Origin: an uncultured Saprospiraceae bacterium
GTDB taxonomy: Bacteria > Bacteroidota > Bacteroidia > Chitinophagales > Saprospiraceae
DNA: 64,000 nucleotides
Direction of reading: 5' to 3'
NCBI GenBank assembly: GCA_937928045.1
Contig: CALFWO010000005.1
Span: forward strand, 162,726 to 226,725
Shown: piece after piece, positions 1 through 10,327 of the stretch
Numbering within the stretch: position 1 is the first letter of the stretch
Layout: every line of letters starts with the position of its first letter
The notes under the pieces: model-generated
Database searches by the model: none
Seen by the model: only the letters and a program-made list of their open reading frames with translations
What the model was told of the DNA's origin: nothing
Translations under genes and position numbers: made by a program

Positions 1-203
1 CTTTCCGAAAAGAAAATTGGGATAGCAATAAGTTGAAGGAATTTTTGTTTGATAAAGGAATCTATACTTCTACGATTTTTCCAACAGCAGCATTGATTGA
101 TGCGCAAAAAAGAGGATTGAAGAGTTTAGTTCGTGCTTCAGTTCACTACTTCAATACGGAAAAGGAAGTTGATCAGTTACTTACAGTGTTGAAGTCGATG
201 TAA
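1..203 (+). CDS. 3' end of a CDS running in from upstream; C-terminus resembles class V aminotransferase / cysteine desulfurase-like proteins (…VRASVHYFNTEKEVDQLLTVLKSM*)
   Basis: In-frame translation from position 1 to TAA at 201-203; the motif RASxHxYNTxEEVD is typical of class-V aminotransferase C-termini. Partial, so weak. Confidence 0.45.
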   Translation, partial: FRKENWDSNKLKEFLFDKGIYTSTIFPTAALIDAQKRGLKSLVRASVHYFNTEKEVDQLLTVLKSM

Positions 204-205
204 AA

Positions 206-1420
206 TTGATTCGAGACATTTTTAAAAATCATTTGATGATCAAAAAAATGGGTGCAGTTTTACTCTGTTTTACATGTTGTTTTGGCACAAGCCAAAACCT
301 AATTCCTAATGGAGGTTTTGAAGATTTAAATATTTGCATTGCTTATCAAGAGGGATGTTTTCCTTCAGCATGGAAAAGTACTTCGCTCAAATTAGCGACT
401 TATCATGGATCTAATCAAAAAGTTAGGACGAAAAATAAAAGAAGTATCTCCTTATTATATCTAGATCTCGCAAGAAATTTCGATCGCAGATTCATTCAAA
501 GTTATTTGCTTTGTCCGATCGAAACTGGTAAACATTACAGCATTAGCTTTGATTACCGATCGAAACTTCCAAGAGCAAAATCGGTTGGATTCTTTTTTTC
601 TGACACATTGATATTCGATAAATCAAATTTTAAATTAGAAAATTTAGATGCGCAGGAAGTTGCGCTAAAAAATGATCATCCAAATGAGTGGCAAACTTAT
701 ACTTTAGATTTTGTCGCGAAGAAAAATGCTGAAGTCCTTGTCATTGGTAATTTTAATTCGGATGATAAAACTGATCAGTTTACCTTGTCCAAAAAAGAAC
801 AAAAGAAATTGGACAATTCTTATGAACCAAAAAATAGAATTTGGATCGAGTTAGACAATCTTAAATTAATTTCAAGATCAGAAATTTTGAATTGCGATCA
901 GATGTCCAAGAAGAAATATATTTATTCTGATAAGGTTAGACACTCTTTTGAATTTGAAACGCCAATAACTCCAATTTTTTCTTCAACGGTACAAAGAGAA
1001 ATTGTATATGATGAAAAACAATCTGTAAAGCCAGTAGAGGAAGTAAATGCAACGCCTATTACGACCTTAAAATTAAAAGTTGGATTAAATCGGCTAGAAG
1101 GCATGGAGTTCGAATTTGGAACAACAGACTTAACGACTAGCGCTCATCAAAAGCTTGATGTAATTGTTCAGTATTTAATTAAAAATGAAAAAACTAAGCT
1201 AAAAATAATAGGCCACACGGATGATGTTGGAAATGAAATTGACAATCATATGTTGTCCGAATCAAGAGCAAACGAAATCAGAAAATACTTAATAACAAAT
1301 GGAATAGCGGCCACTCGGTTATCATCTAAAGGCATGGGAGAGAGTGATCCCATTGCTTCTAATAGAACACCGGAAGGAAGACAAATCAATAGAAGAGTAG
1401 AGGTGGAAATTTACTATTGA
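206..1420 (+). CDS. OmpA-family outer-membrane/peptidoglycan-associated protein
   Basis: 404-aa ORF. The C-terminal ~110 aa carry an OmpA-like domain (GHTDDVGNEIDNHMLSESRANEIRKYL…GMGESDPIASNRTPEGRQINRRVEV). N-terminal hydrophobic signal. Confidence 0.75.
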   Translation: MIRDIFKNHLMIKKMGAVLLCFTCCFGTSQNLIPNGGFEDLNICIAYQEGCFPSAWKSTSLKLATYHGSNQKVRTKNKRSISLLYLDLARNFDRRFIQSYLLCPIETGKHYSISFDYRSKLPRAKSVGFFFSDTLIFDKSNFKLENLDAQEVALKNDHPNEWQTYTLDFVAKKNAEVLVIGNFNSDDKTDQFTLSKKEQKKLDNSYEPKNRIWIELDNLKLISRSEILNCDQMSKKKYIYSDKVRHSFEFETPITPIFSSTVQREIVYDEKQSVKPVEEVNATPITTLKLKVGLNRLEGMEFEFGTTDLTTSAHQKLDVIVQYLIKNEKTKLKIIGHTDDVGNEIDNHMLSESRANEIRKYLITNGIAATRLSSKGMGESDPIASNRTPEGRQINRRVEVEIYY

Positions 1421-2070
1421 GGATTTTCATCTTGCTTCTTTTTCTTTCCTTTTTTTGTATTAAACTGATTCATCGCACGTCCCAATCCAATACTTGCGAA
1501 AGCCATGATAGCATCTGCAGATTTTTTAATGACCTCCGGCAGCGCCTTTTTTTCTTCATCCGACCATTCTCCTAAGACGTAATCTACCTGTCTTCCCTTG
1601 GAGAACTCGGCGCCAATCCCTACTCTCAATCTTGGATAGTTGTTTCCACCACACAATTGATCAATATTCTTTAATCCATTATGGCCTCCATCTGCGCCTT
1701 TTCCGCGCATTCTTAGAATGCCAAAAGTGAGGTTCAAGTCATCGAGCACAACTATGATTCTTTCTTTCGGAATTTTTTCTTTTTGCATCCAATAACGAAC
1801 TGCTTGTCCAGAGAGGTTCATATAAGTGGAAGGCTTGATCATTACTAGAGTTCTACCTTTATGCTTGATTGTAGCTACGGAAGCTTTGCTATCAGATTTA
1901 AAAGAAACATCTTTTTGCGCCGCCATGTATTCGACGATCTTGAAACCAATATTGTGACGAGTGTCTTCATATTCGGCTCCTATATTACCAAGGCCGACAA
2001 CTAAATATTTCATAGGATCTTCCTGAACTTCTGATTGAAAAAAAGATTGGATAAACGTCCAAAAGGACAT
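1414..2070 (-). CDS. pth: peptidyl-tRNA hydrolase
   Basis: MKYLVVGLGNIGAEYEDTRHNIGF…HNGLKN motifs are diagnostic for Pth. The true start is probably the internal Met at 2013 (MKYLVVGLGN); the 19-aa N-terminal extension to 2070 is doubtful. Lys-rich C-terminal tail. Confidence 0.9.
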   Translation of the reverse strand: MSFWTFIQSFFQSEVQEDPMKYLVVGLGNIGAEYEDTRHNIGFKIVEYMAAQKDVSFKSDSKASVATIKHKGRTLVMIKPSTYMNLSGQAVRYWMQKEKIPKERIIVVLDDLNLTFGILRMRGKGADGGHNGLKNIDQLCGGNNYPRLRVGIGAEFSKGRQVDYVLGEWSDEEKKALPEVIKKSADAIMAFASIGLGRAMNQFNTKKGKKKKQDENPQ

Positions 2071-2482
2071 AATTTCGAGAGTTTGTGAATTGCAAAGGTA
2101 ACAACAATACCGGCAAGGGAGAAATTAGAAAAATCTCCCTTATGCCGATATCAGGTCAGAAGTATATCGTGGTCTGAATAGGACATTGAATTGTCTATTC
2201 TACTAAATTTTTAGTGTCTTAACTGTAAGGTAATCGGCGGAGGGAAGTGGGATTAGGTGGGAAGGTATTACAAATATACCCTTTTTGAGGGCGGTATACA
2301 AGGGAATAATTACCAAGATGGAGGTAATGAGAATGTTTTTGATCTTTTTTAAAACATTTGTGCAATTAATATTTTTAATACAGTGATAACTTATCTCAAA
2401 CACTTGATGTAAGTTTGTTATAGGAATAAAAAAAATATCTTCGTCTCCGTATTTATTGGGAGGTGTATAGTACCTTGAGCGC

Positions 2483-3505
2483 ATGGCTTATTACAAAGCA
2501 GACAGTTTAAATTTTATTCGAAAGCAAACCTTTCGCCGTTTGTGGAACGCTATCAAAGTGGTTAGTTCTTTTTACGTAACCAAATGGTTAAAAAAGCCTG
2601 TTCAGTGGGGAATGCCGATGACGATCAGCGTTGAACCTACCACAGCCTGTAATCTTCGATGTCCGGAGTGTCCTAGTGGTCTTCGTCAGTTTACAAGACC
2701 GACAGGTAATTTAAAAGCCAACTTTTTCCAACAAACAATTAATGAAATTCATCGAGAGCTGATGTATCTCATTTTTTATTTTCAAGGAGAACCGTATATA
2801 AATCCTGATTTTCTAAATATGGTCAAATATGCTTCTGATAGAGGAATATATACCATAACCTCTACTAATGGTCACTTTCTTAATGAAGAGAATGCTCGAA
2901 AAACAGTAGAATCTGGACTTGACCGAATTATTATTTCTGTGGATGGAACTACGCAGAAAGTATATGAAAACTATCGTAAGGAAGGAAAGTTGGAAGCTGT
3001 ACTTAAAGGAGCAAGCAATATCGTTAAATGGAAAAGAAAGCTTGGCTCTAAAACTCCCCATACTATTTTTCAATTTTTAGTGGTCAAACCAAATGAACAT
3101 CAAATCCCTGAAATCTATCGATTGGCCAAGGCTATGGGCATCGATGAGGTCAGGCTAAAGACAGCTCAGGTTTATGATTATCAAAATGGAAATCCGTTGA
3201 TTCCCGAGAATGAGGTTTATTCTCGTTACAAGAAACAGGATGATGGTACCTACGCTATAAAAAATGAATTGTTGAATCACTGCTGGAAGTTATGGCACTC
3301 TTGTGTCGTTACTTGGGATGGAATGGTTGTTCCTTGTTGTTTCGATAAAGACGCGACCCATCGCTTGGGTGATTTAAAGAAAGCTTCGTTTAGCGAAGTT
3401 TGGTACAATGAGGAATATCATCGTTTTCGTACCCAATTACTCCAAGGAAGGGACAAAATTGACATTTGCCAAAATTGCACAGAAGGCTGTAAAGTCTGGG
3501 CCTAA
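2483..3505 (+). CDS. radical SAM / SPASM-domain protein
   Basis: CNLRCPECPSG is the CxxxCxxC radical-SAM cluster motif. C-terminal Cys-rich region (CVVTWDGMVVPCCFDKD…CQNCTEGC) is typical of a SPASM/twitch auxiliary cluster domain. Confidence 0.8.
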   Translation: MAYYKADSLNFIRKQTFRRLWNAIKVVSSFYVTKWLKKPVQWGMPMTISVEPTTACNLRCPECPSGLRQFTRPTGNLKANFFQQTINEIHRELMYLIFYFQGEPYINPDFLNMVKYASDRGIYTITSTNGHFLNEENARKTVESGLDRIIISVDGTTQKVYENYRKEGKLEAVLKGASNIVKWKRKLGSKTPHTIFQFLVVKPNEHQIPEIYRLAKAMGIDEVRLKTAQVYDYQNGNPLIPENEVYSRYKKQDDGTYAIKNELLNHCWKLWHSCVVTWDGMVVPCCFDKDATHRLGDLKKASFSEVWYNEEYHRFRTQLLQGRDKIDICQNCTEGCKVWA

Positions 3506-3792
3506 CAAAGTTAAAACGCATTTTTTAGCACAAAAGCTGACGAAGTTCTAATTTTTTCTTGTAAAATCCAAATAAATTATTGAACTTTGAAGTCCTTTCC
3601 TAATACTTTTAAGGAGGCCTAAATCCCATTTGCATTCGGATATCGTATGATAATCTTACACATGTGAGAGAAGCTCGAATCTGAGTCATAATTGATTTCA
3701 ACTTGCGTTGATTTCTTTTTTTGCTCTAAGCTGAATGGAAGGGGTTTTAAAAACATATAGAGTTATTGTTTAATAAACACTAACTCTAAATC

Positions 3793-4800
3793 GTGAATCA
3801 AATGATGACTTATAAGACAATTTTTAAAGGACGATTAGACTTCGGTAACGAAAAGAGTTATGAAAAGGTGTTGAAGATGTTTCAACACAGAGTAGAGAGT
3901 TATTACAAGTCCGATATTCTTTTAGATGAAGAAGAGATCTTCGACGAGGGTACAAAATCTTTAATCGTACCTAGAACAATTACACAAGGATCAAAGAAAA
4001 GTTGGAGCAATACTATTTCGGTATTGGAGTATGTTGCGCAATTTGCTGTTGCAGGTGAAATGGGTGCATGGATGACAGAAAATGGGAAGATTCTGGATCA
4101 TGGTTTTGTAGAGCCTAATTCCGAGCGAGCGGCTGTGCAAGCATTTATCAAAGGAAGGAGTTTAGTTGAGGAAACAGGTAAAGAAAACGAGGCTGTTGAG
4201 GCATTGAATAAAGCGATTGAGAAGTACGAAAAGCATTCAGAGGCATATGAGCGAAGAGCATTTGTAAAAATGCAGCTTAAGGATTATAAAGGTGCATTGA
4301 AAGATTATACGAAATCAATTGCCGGAAACCCTGTAAACAGCAGAGCTTATTATGGGCGTGCAGAGGTGAAAAGAATTTTAGAAATTGAAGAAGGTCGTTT
4401 GGAAGATTTGGAAAATGCTGTTAAATCAACAATTCCATTACAACCATTGTTTTGGCAAGCAAGAAGAAAGAAAGCAGAATACTTTCTAGAAAGAGGTGAT
4501 TCGAAAGGAGCGCTTTTGGATCTTCGTCTTTTCTGTCATAGACAATTCAAAGAAGACAATCCAAATTTTGGTTTCAAGAAATATATGTTATTCGAATACG
4601 GAAAGGCATTGGCTGCTACAGATTCTCCAAAGGAAGCTGAGGAAGCTTTTACTAAAGCCATGCTTATTGAAGATTGCGACCGAATTTCTACTCTTGAAGT
4701 TTTGAAAGAACGTGCGAAAGTTCGTGGTGAGCATAAATTCACCGGAGCAAAAAAAGATCTAAAGACAATCAAAGAAATGGAAAAAGCACTGGCTAAATAA
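3793..4800 (+). CDS. hypothetical protein with TPR-like helical repeats
   Basis: 335-aa ORF with TPR-like segments (AYERRAFVKMQLKDYKGALKDYTKSI…AYYGRAEV). Strong hairpin terminator immediately downstream. Confidence 0.5.
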   Translation: MNQMMTYKTIFKGRLDFGNEKSYEKVLKMFQHRVESYYKSDILLDEEEIFDEGTKSLIVPRTITQGSKKSWSNTISVLEYVAQFAVAGEMGAWMTENGKILDHGFVEPNSERAAVQAFIKGRSLVEETGKENEAVEALNKAIEKYEKHSEAYERRAFVKMQLKDYKGALKDYTKSIAGNPVNSRAYYGRAEVKRILEIEEGRLEDLENAVKSTIPLQPLFWQARRKKAEYFLERGDSKGALLDLRLFCHRQFKEDNPNFGFKKYMLFEYGKALAATDSPKEAEEAFTKAMLIEDCDRISTLEVLKERAKVRGEHKFTGAKKDLKTIKEMEKALAK

Positions 4801-4824
4801 TTCCATTCAGATTGAAATAAAAAT

Positions 4825-4862
4825 AGCGGCATCAATTTACAATTGATGCCGCTTTTTTTATT
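4825..4862. terminator. bidirectional rho-independent terminator between convergent genes
   Basis: AGCGGCATCAATT-tac-AATTGATGCCGCT forms a perfect 13-bp stem. T-runs on both strands (…TTTTTTTATTT on plus; AAAAATA preceding). Confidence 0.6.
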
Positions 4863-4874
4863 TCAATGTATTCA

Positions 4875-5516
4875 CTATTTGCATTCCTTTTTAATCATTG
4901 CCATCTCGTCGTCATTAGCGACCATCTTAGCTGTTCCATCTTCCAAAAGAACATCAACGGGATAATTTAAATGAAACTTGTCTTCTGAATCAGGATTTGC
5001 TGTATACCAAGACTTGATTGCACTCCAGTCTTTGTCATCGCTCATCGTAACTGTAGTGCCATCAGGCATCGTCCAAGTTATTGGATAGACCAACTCAAAG
5101 CAATCCTTTTTTTCTTGATCGCAATATTTTTTAGCAATTACCATCTCTTCCTCATCAGCTATGGTTTTTACATAATCTTCTTTCCATTTAATATCTACTG
5201 GATAATTCAAGCTTGGTTTTTCGACTGAATTGGGATTCGATTCATACCATGATTTCAAGGCATCCCAAAGTGCTGCTTTATCACCTGTGATTGAAGTTCC
5301 ATCAGGCATCGTCAAAGTGATTGGAAAAACTAGCTGAAAGCAATCTTCTTTTCCTTTGTCCTCTTCTTTAAAATCTGCATCAGAAGTTTTGTCATCGCCA
5401 ATAACCAAGGCTTGAATAGAACTTTCATTGTCTATTGCAGAGTACTTGATGTTTTCTTGATTACAGGAGTTGAGTACTAAGAAAGCCACAAATAGCAGGA
5501 GAATGTTCGATTTCAT
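4875..5516 (-). CDS. lipoprotein with two tandem ~75-aa internal repeats
   Basis: Signal peptide plus lipobox (LVLNSC). Two clearly homologous modules (DCFQLVFPITLTMPDGTSITGDK…NPNSVEKPSLNYPVD / DCFELVYPITWTMPDGTTVTMSDD…NPDSEDKFHLNYPVD), each followed by a DEEMxxxKKxC stretch. Confidence 0.6.
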   Translation of the reverse strand: MKSNILLLFVAFLVLNSCNQENIKYSAIDNESSIQALVIGDDKTSDADFKEEDKGKEDCFQLVFPITLTMPDGTSITGDKAALWDALKSWYESNPNSVEKPSLNYPVDIKWKEDYVKTIADEEEMVIAKKYCDQEKKDCFELVYPITWTMPDGTTVTMSDDKDWSAIKSWYTANPDSEDKFHLNYPVDVLLEDGTAKMVANDDEMAMIKKECK

Positions 5517-5679
5517 AAGCCAAGAATTTGATTTATTGATTTCTCTTCAAAAATAGAGAATTATTTTAACAGTTTTAAAGCTAGAAGCCCTTTTGACCTT
5601 TAATGAAAGCTTCGCTCAAAAGAGTTATCAGTATACCTGTTTTACTCAAAAGAAATTATTTTGTTTTAATCTTTTCAGT

Positions 5680-6351
5680 TTACTCTGAACTCTGTATTAA
5701 GTTCAATTTTGCGCCCAACTCCAAAAAGAGTACAACCGATTTAAATACTAAGAATGAATTTTCAACACCAAGCTTAGCGATCAAATCGAACTTGTCACTC
5801 ATTGGAAATTCAACAATCGGTGCAAAAGACAAACCAAAGTATGTATAACTTTTTACATCAATGGCTACTCCAAAAATTGTATTTCCTTGTAAATAAAAAT
5901 TGTATTTATTAGTGCTATGAAATTTATATCTAAGGCCTGTTCCCAAAGTGAATATATTCAAATTTGTTAATCTATTAGGCAAAGAAATTTTATCGCATGC
6001 GTGGCAAAAACAAATTACATTTTCAGGCCTTCTGTTAAATTGGAGATTGCCAATCAAATGCAATTTGTAAGATAGTTTCTTTCCTGCCAATAATCCGATT
6101 CCAAAATTAAGACCAGTCCAATGCTGTTTTATTCCCTCTATTTCTTCCGTAGGGTCAGATAGCAAATTACTAAACCTCGAATGCTCTAAATAGTTTGATT
6201 TCAAAGTATTGCCAGATCTTATCGATAATTCTAAATAGTAGTTCCCGGTTTGTTGGGTAACCTGAGCGGAAGAACTATTAAAATAGAGAAGGCTAACGAA
6301 TAAAATTAGAGTTATCCTAATTCCAACATTGTCGAAGATTGATAATTTCAT
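5680..6351 (-). CDS. hypothetical secreted protein, possibly outer-membrane beta-barrel
   Basis: Signal peptide ending SSSAQ. Alternating hydrophobic/aromatic beta-strand-like pattern. No recognisable catalytic motif. Confidence 0.4.
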   Translation of the reverse strand: MKLSIFDNVGIRITLILFVSLLYFNSSSAQVTQQTGNYYLELSIRSGNTLKSNYLEHSRFSNLLSDPTEEIEGIKQHWTGLNFGIGLLAGKKLSYKLHLIGNLQFNRRPENVICFCHACDKISLPNRLTNLNIFTLGTGLRYKFHSTNKYNFYLQGNTIFGVAIDVKSYTYFGLSFAPIVEFPMSDKFDLIAKLGVENSFLVFKSVVLFLELGAKLNLIQSSE

Positions 6352-6426
6352 TGTTAGCTAATTTGATCAACGGCGAAATTCAGCATCGATAATACCTATT
6401 TTGAATCGAATCCACGAGTACTAAAA

Positions 6427-7605
6427 TTGAAATATTCTATTTCCCAGAACTCTATTATCTTTCCAGTTGTTAAAACAAAAATTGGTTTAGAAGTATTGTC
6501 CATGGATTTTATAAAAGTCAAAGATTGGGGGGTTGATTTTGATGTAAAACATCAATTGTTAATAGCAGGCCCGTGTAGTGCTGAGACAGCGGAGCAAGTG
6601 GAAAAGAGCTTTGAAGGTGCTTTGAATGCAGGGGCAAATATTTTCCGAGCGGGGATATGGAAGCCTAGAACGAGGCCTAATTCTTTTGAAGGAGTTGGGG
6701 AGATTGGTCTTCCTTGGATTATTCAAAGTGCTAAAAAATTCAATCGCCCGGTTGCTATTGAAGTCGCAAAGCCCAGTCATGTGAAAGCTGCATTGAAAGC
6801 CGGTGTTCAAATGCTTTGGATTGGTGCTAGAACAAGTGTGAATCCATTTGCCGTTCAAGATATTGTTGATGCTTTAGAAGGTCAGGATATTCCAATTTTT
6901 ATCAAAAATCCAATTAATCCAGATCTTGAATTATGGATTGGAGCGATTGAAAGGTTTTATAAGAATGGGCATCGGAAAGTCGCCGGTATTCATCGTGGTT
7001 TTTCTGTAAGCAATGCTGCCCCTTACCGAAATGCTCCAATGTGGGGAATTCCTATTGAGTTAAAACGTAGATTTCCAAGCCTGGATATAATCGTCGACCC
7101 AAGTCATATTGCAGGAAAAAGAAAATGGCTGCCAAGTCTCTCTCAGAAGGCAATAGATTTGGAATTCGCTGGCTGGATGATAGAAACACATTGTGATCCT
7201 GATAACGCCTGGAGTGATGCTGCACAGCAGTTAAAAGGAGAGGATTTGAAAAAAATGTTGGATACTTTAATCTATAGGGATAGTTCATCCACTAATCCAG
7301 AATTTTTGGCAAATCTAGAAGCGCTTCGCTACGATATTGATCAATTGGATGCAGAAATTATTCAATTGCTTGGTAAGCGAATGGAAGTAGCCCAAGAAAT
7401 AGGGAAGTACAAAGACCAAGCTGGGATAACCATCTTGCAAATGGATCGATGGAAAACAATATTTGATAAAAGGGTAGCCGCTACGAAGGCGGAAAGATTG
7501 TCAGATGATTTCTCGACTGAGTTTATTAGATCGCTTCACGACGAATCCATTCGCCAGCAAGCCTCAGTAATGAATTCTAGTAAAATAAAAAAGCCCGCTG
7601 AATAG
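6427..7605 (+). CDS. bifunctional 3-deoxy-7-phosphoheptulonate (DAHP) synthase / chorismate mutase
   Basis: N-terminal KDO8P/DAHP-synthase-like domain (LLIAGPCSAE…, IVDPSH). C-terminal AroQ chorismate-mutase helices (LRYDIDQLDAEIIQLLGKRMEVAQEIGKYK). Start may be the internal Met at 6502. Confidence 0.85.
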   Translation: MKYSISQNSIIFPVVKTKIGLEVLSMDFIKVKDWGVDFDVKHQLLIAGPCSAETAEQVEKSFEGALNAGANIFRAGIWKPRTRPNSFEGVGEIGLPWIIQSAKKFNRPVAIEVAKPSHVKAALKAGVQMLWIGARTSVNPFAVQDIVDALEGQDIPIFIKNPINPDLELWIGAIERFYKNGHRKVAGIHRGFSVSNAAPYRNAPMWGIPIELKRRFPSLDIIVDPSHIAGKRKWLPSLSQKAIDLEFAGWMIETHCDPDNAWSDAAQQLKGEDLKKMLDTLIYRDSSSTNPEFLANLEALRYDIDQLDAEIIQLLGKRMEVAQEIGKYKDQAGITILQMDRWKTIFDKRVAATKAERLSDDFSTEFIRSLHDESIRQQASVMNSSKIKKPAE

Positions 7606-7639
7606 TCAGCAGGCTTTGATTACTTTCAATGTTTTTCTC

Positions 7640-10165
7640 TTAATGTTTTACGATTAATCGTTTTGTGATTGTGCGATGACTGGCGGTTCCTTTCAGTAAA
7701 TATACCCCAGGAGCGTAACTGCTCAGGTTGATTTCTAATGAACTGCCCTTGCCTAAATTCATCTGCGAATTTTGATAGATCAGTTTCCCATTCACATCAA
7801 AAATATTAATGGTTCCAATTCCACTTAATTTTCCGGAATTGATGATTGACAAATGTTTACTAGCGGGATTTGGAGCCAAAGTAATGTTCCAATCTTCGTT
7901 GCCAATAATTTTGGCAGAAACTATAGTCGAAAGCGTTGTTCTTCCATTAAAATCTATTTGACTCAAGCGATAATAATATGTTTGATCTGTCGCGGCATTT
8001 CGGTCATTGAATTTGTAAATATTGGTCGTTGAATTTTCTCCAGCATCAACCCAGCCTATTTTTTTAAATTCACTAACACCATTTTCCGATCTCCAAATTT
8101 CGAATCCCCGATTATCTATTTCAATTGCTGTTGACCAATCTACCTCAATATAATTTTCATATGCGGTTGCCTTTATATTTACTAATTCAACTGGAAGAGG
8201 AACAAAGGGTTCAATTGTAAAATCTATATTGGATAAATCAAAAAATACGTTATCACTACAAACGATTTTTACTCTTGCAGTAGTACTCGATAAATCTGGC
8301 ACTTGAATAGAATGACTACCATCATTGGTTACGCTACTCGCTAATGTGATTGGGAAGGTAACACCGCCATCTGTTGATAAAAGAATATCAACATTGGTAC
8401 AACTTACTGGCGACATGTTGGTATTGGCAACATCCCAAGTCACTAGTTCATTGGAAAGTCCAGTCCATGTAACAGCGGTGTTTGGAGCCAAGACTAAAAA
8501 TGGTCCAGAGGAAGCATCCACTGTCATGGAAATTTGATCATAGTCCACACCACCTCCACCAAGTTGGTTATCTCTTACAGTCATTCTGAAATTCATATTT
8601 CGGCCATATGAAGGAAGGATCTCTCCAATCGTTTGCGTATTATTCAACAAATCTGACTCTTGAGGAAAAGTTCTGGAAGGAGAACTGGTAGCAGGAAATG
8701 ATCTAAAAATAGGCGCATTACCGGAGGGGTTATTAGGATTTCCCGCCGGACCAAGATCATATTGTTCCCAATTGTAAGTCATTGGATCACCATCAGGATC
8801 TGTTGCTGATCCAGTCAAAGTAAAAGGTGTGTTTATTGGAATAACATATCCACCTGCGCCTGCATTTGGAACAGGAACACCATTATTGGTTGAAGTGACC
8901 ACAGGGCAGTTATTTCCGCTTCCTGTGGTAGAATAGGCTACCATTTGATCAAAACTATGTGTATGGAAATAGTCATCACTATTGTTCTGCGTATTATGTG
9001 ATCCACATATTCCGGCGTATGCTTGAATAGTTGTACCACTACCTGGCTCATAGGAATTCGAGCCGGAACCATTTGCTCCACAGCTTCCTGCTGTCCCATT
9101 AAAAGTATGACTTCCTGCAAATTGATGTCCAATTTCATGTGCTACATAATCGACCCAGAATGGATCGCCAGTCGGAGACGGCAAACCAGTAACGCCATCC
9201 GCTTTTCTATTATTTCTGCAGACTACTCCAAGTCCTGCCAGGCCCCCACCTCCTGTACTAAATACATGTCCAATATCGTAACTGGAATTGCCAATTGCAT
9301 CATCTAAAACATCTTGGTTCGCATTGATCATTTGAGATGCACTACTGTTGTTGTAAGGGTCGCTACTACTATTGGTAAAAATCAAGAGATCATTATTGGC
9401 CACAAGTTCTAGTCTAATCGCCAATTCCATTTCATAGATTCCGTTAACTCTGTTGTAGGCAGTAACGATGGCTGCCTGCGCGGATGCTACTGTCCCTCCG
9501 TGAAATGCTGTATACTCTCCAGTAGCAGCATTAGCTAGTCTATATGTCCTTAATTGTGTTCCAGAGGGCGCAGATTTTTGCGACGCTCGATTTTTCAAGA
9601 GCCTATTCATTTCTTCTTTTACCTCAGGTTCAAAAGGTTTTGGATGACATGGAGGCAAGTTGAACTGTTCTACCGTAGGTTTTAAATCCCCTTTAAAGTA
9701 GGATTGGTATTTGGTGTTGTCATTTTTATAGATTGGATCTATATAAACCGTACCATTTGGAGAAAAAATGATTCCATGAAAACCTGCTGGAGTATAATCC
9801 AATCTTCCGACAGCAAATCTATTGTCAATACCTTGTGCTGCATAAGTTTTGATCTCTGGGTATTTATTGGCAAGTTTTTCAGCCATAATCGGATCGTAAG
9901 CAATGCTGAATTTTTCCAACTTACCAGAGGGCATAGGAACTTCTAAGATAAAGTCAGAATCTTTTGCTTGAAGACCTGGGGCTTGATTGACTTCGTAAAG
10001 AAAGTCTTCTAATTCATCATTTTGTAAACCGAATGCTTGATAGGTTTGAGGTGATATAAGCCTTTGTTCTGATTTTATTTGGTCATTCGAAATGTTGGTC
10101 CACATTTGAGCGTTAGACTTTACTGCGCATAAAAGGAGTAAAGCCAAGGAGATTACAAGTCTCAT
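7640..10165 (-). CDS. secreted zinc metalloprotease (reprolysin/M12B-like HExxH) with T9SS type-A C-terminal sorting domain
   Basis: Signal peptide. HEIGHQFAGSHTF is a HExxHxxGxxH zinc motif. C-terminal ~80 aa match the Por-secretion tail (…APNPASKHLSI…IFDVNGKLIYQ…PGVYLLK…). Confidence 0.8.
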   Translation of the reverse strand: MRLVISLALLLLCAVKSNAQMWTNISNDQIKSEQRLISPQTYQAFGLQNDELEDFLYEVNQAPGLQAKDSDFILEVPMPSGKLEKFSIAYDPIMAEKLANKYPEIKTYAAQGIDNRFAVGRLDYTPAGFHGIIFSPNGTVYIDPIYKNDNTKYQSYFKGDLKPTVEQFNLPPCHPKPFEPEVKEEMNRLLKNRASQKSAPSGTQLRTYRLANAATGEYTAFHGGTVASAQAAIVTAYNRVNGIYEMELAIRLELVANNDLLIFTNSSSDPYNNSSASQMINANQDVLDDAIGNSSYDIGHVFSTGGGGLAGLGVVCRNNRKADGVTGLPSPTGDPFWVDYVAHEIGHQFAGSHTFNGTAGSCGANGSGSNSYEPGSGTTIQAYAGICGSHNTQNNSDDYFHTHSFDQMVAYSTTGSGNNCPVVTSTNNGVPVPNAGAGGYVIPINTPFTLTGSATDPDGDPMTYNWEQYDLGPAGNPNNPSGNAPIFRSFPATSSPSRTFPQESDLLNNTQTIGEILPSYGRNMNFRMTVRDNQLGGGGVDYDQISMTVDASSGPFLVLAPNTAVTWTGLSNELVTWDVANTNMSPVSCTNVDILLSTDGGVTFPITLASSVTNDGSHSIQVPDLSSTTARVKIVCSDNVFFDLSNIDFTIEPFVPLPVELVNIKATAYENYIEVDWSTAIEIDNRGFEIWRSENGVSEFKKIGWVDAGENSTTNIYKFNDRNAATDQTYYYRLSQIDFNGRTTLSTIVSAKIIGNEDWNITLAPNPASKHLSIINSGKLSGIGTINIFDVNGKLIYQNSQMNLGKGSSLEINLSSYAPGVYLLKGTASHRTITKRLIVKH

Positions 10166-10327
10166 CTTGGTTATTTTAGATAATTAGAAAAACAGGCTTT
10201 TAGAGTAGTGTTCTTGTTCGCTGCTATTCAAAAGATTAGCAGTAAACGTGCTTTAGGATTTGAAAAGTCGATAAGTGGATTAGCTGGTTAAAGATATAAA
10301 AGCAAAATAAATTTTTCTTTTATCAGG

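Noticed and set aside
2203-2484. 93-aa minus-strand ORF abutting the radical SAM start
   Set aside because: Its start codon would sit inside the divergent rSAM gene start. The sequence is low-complexity and hydrophobic with no motif. Likely spurious.
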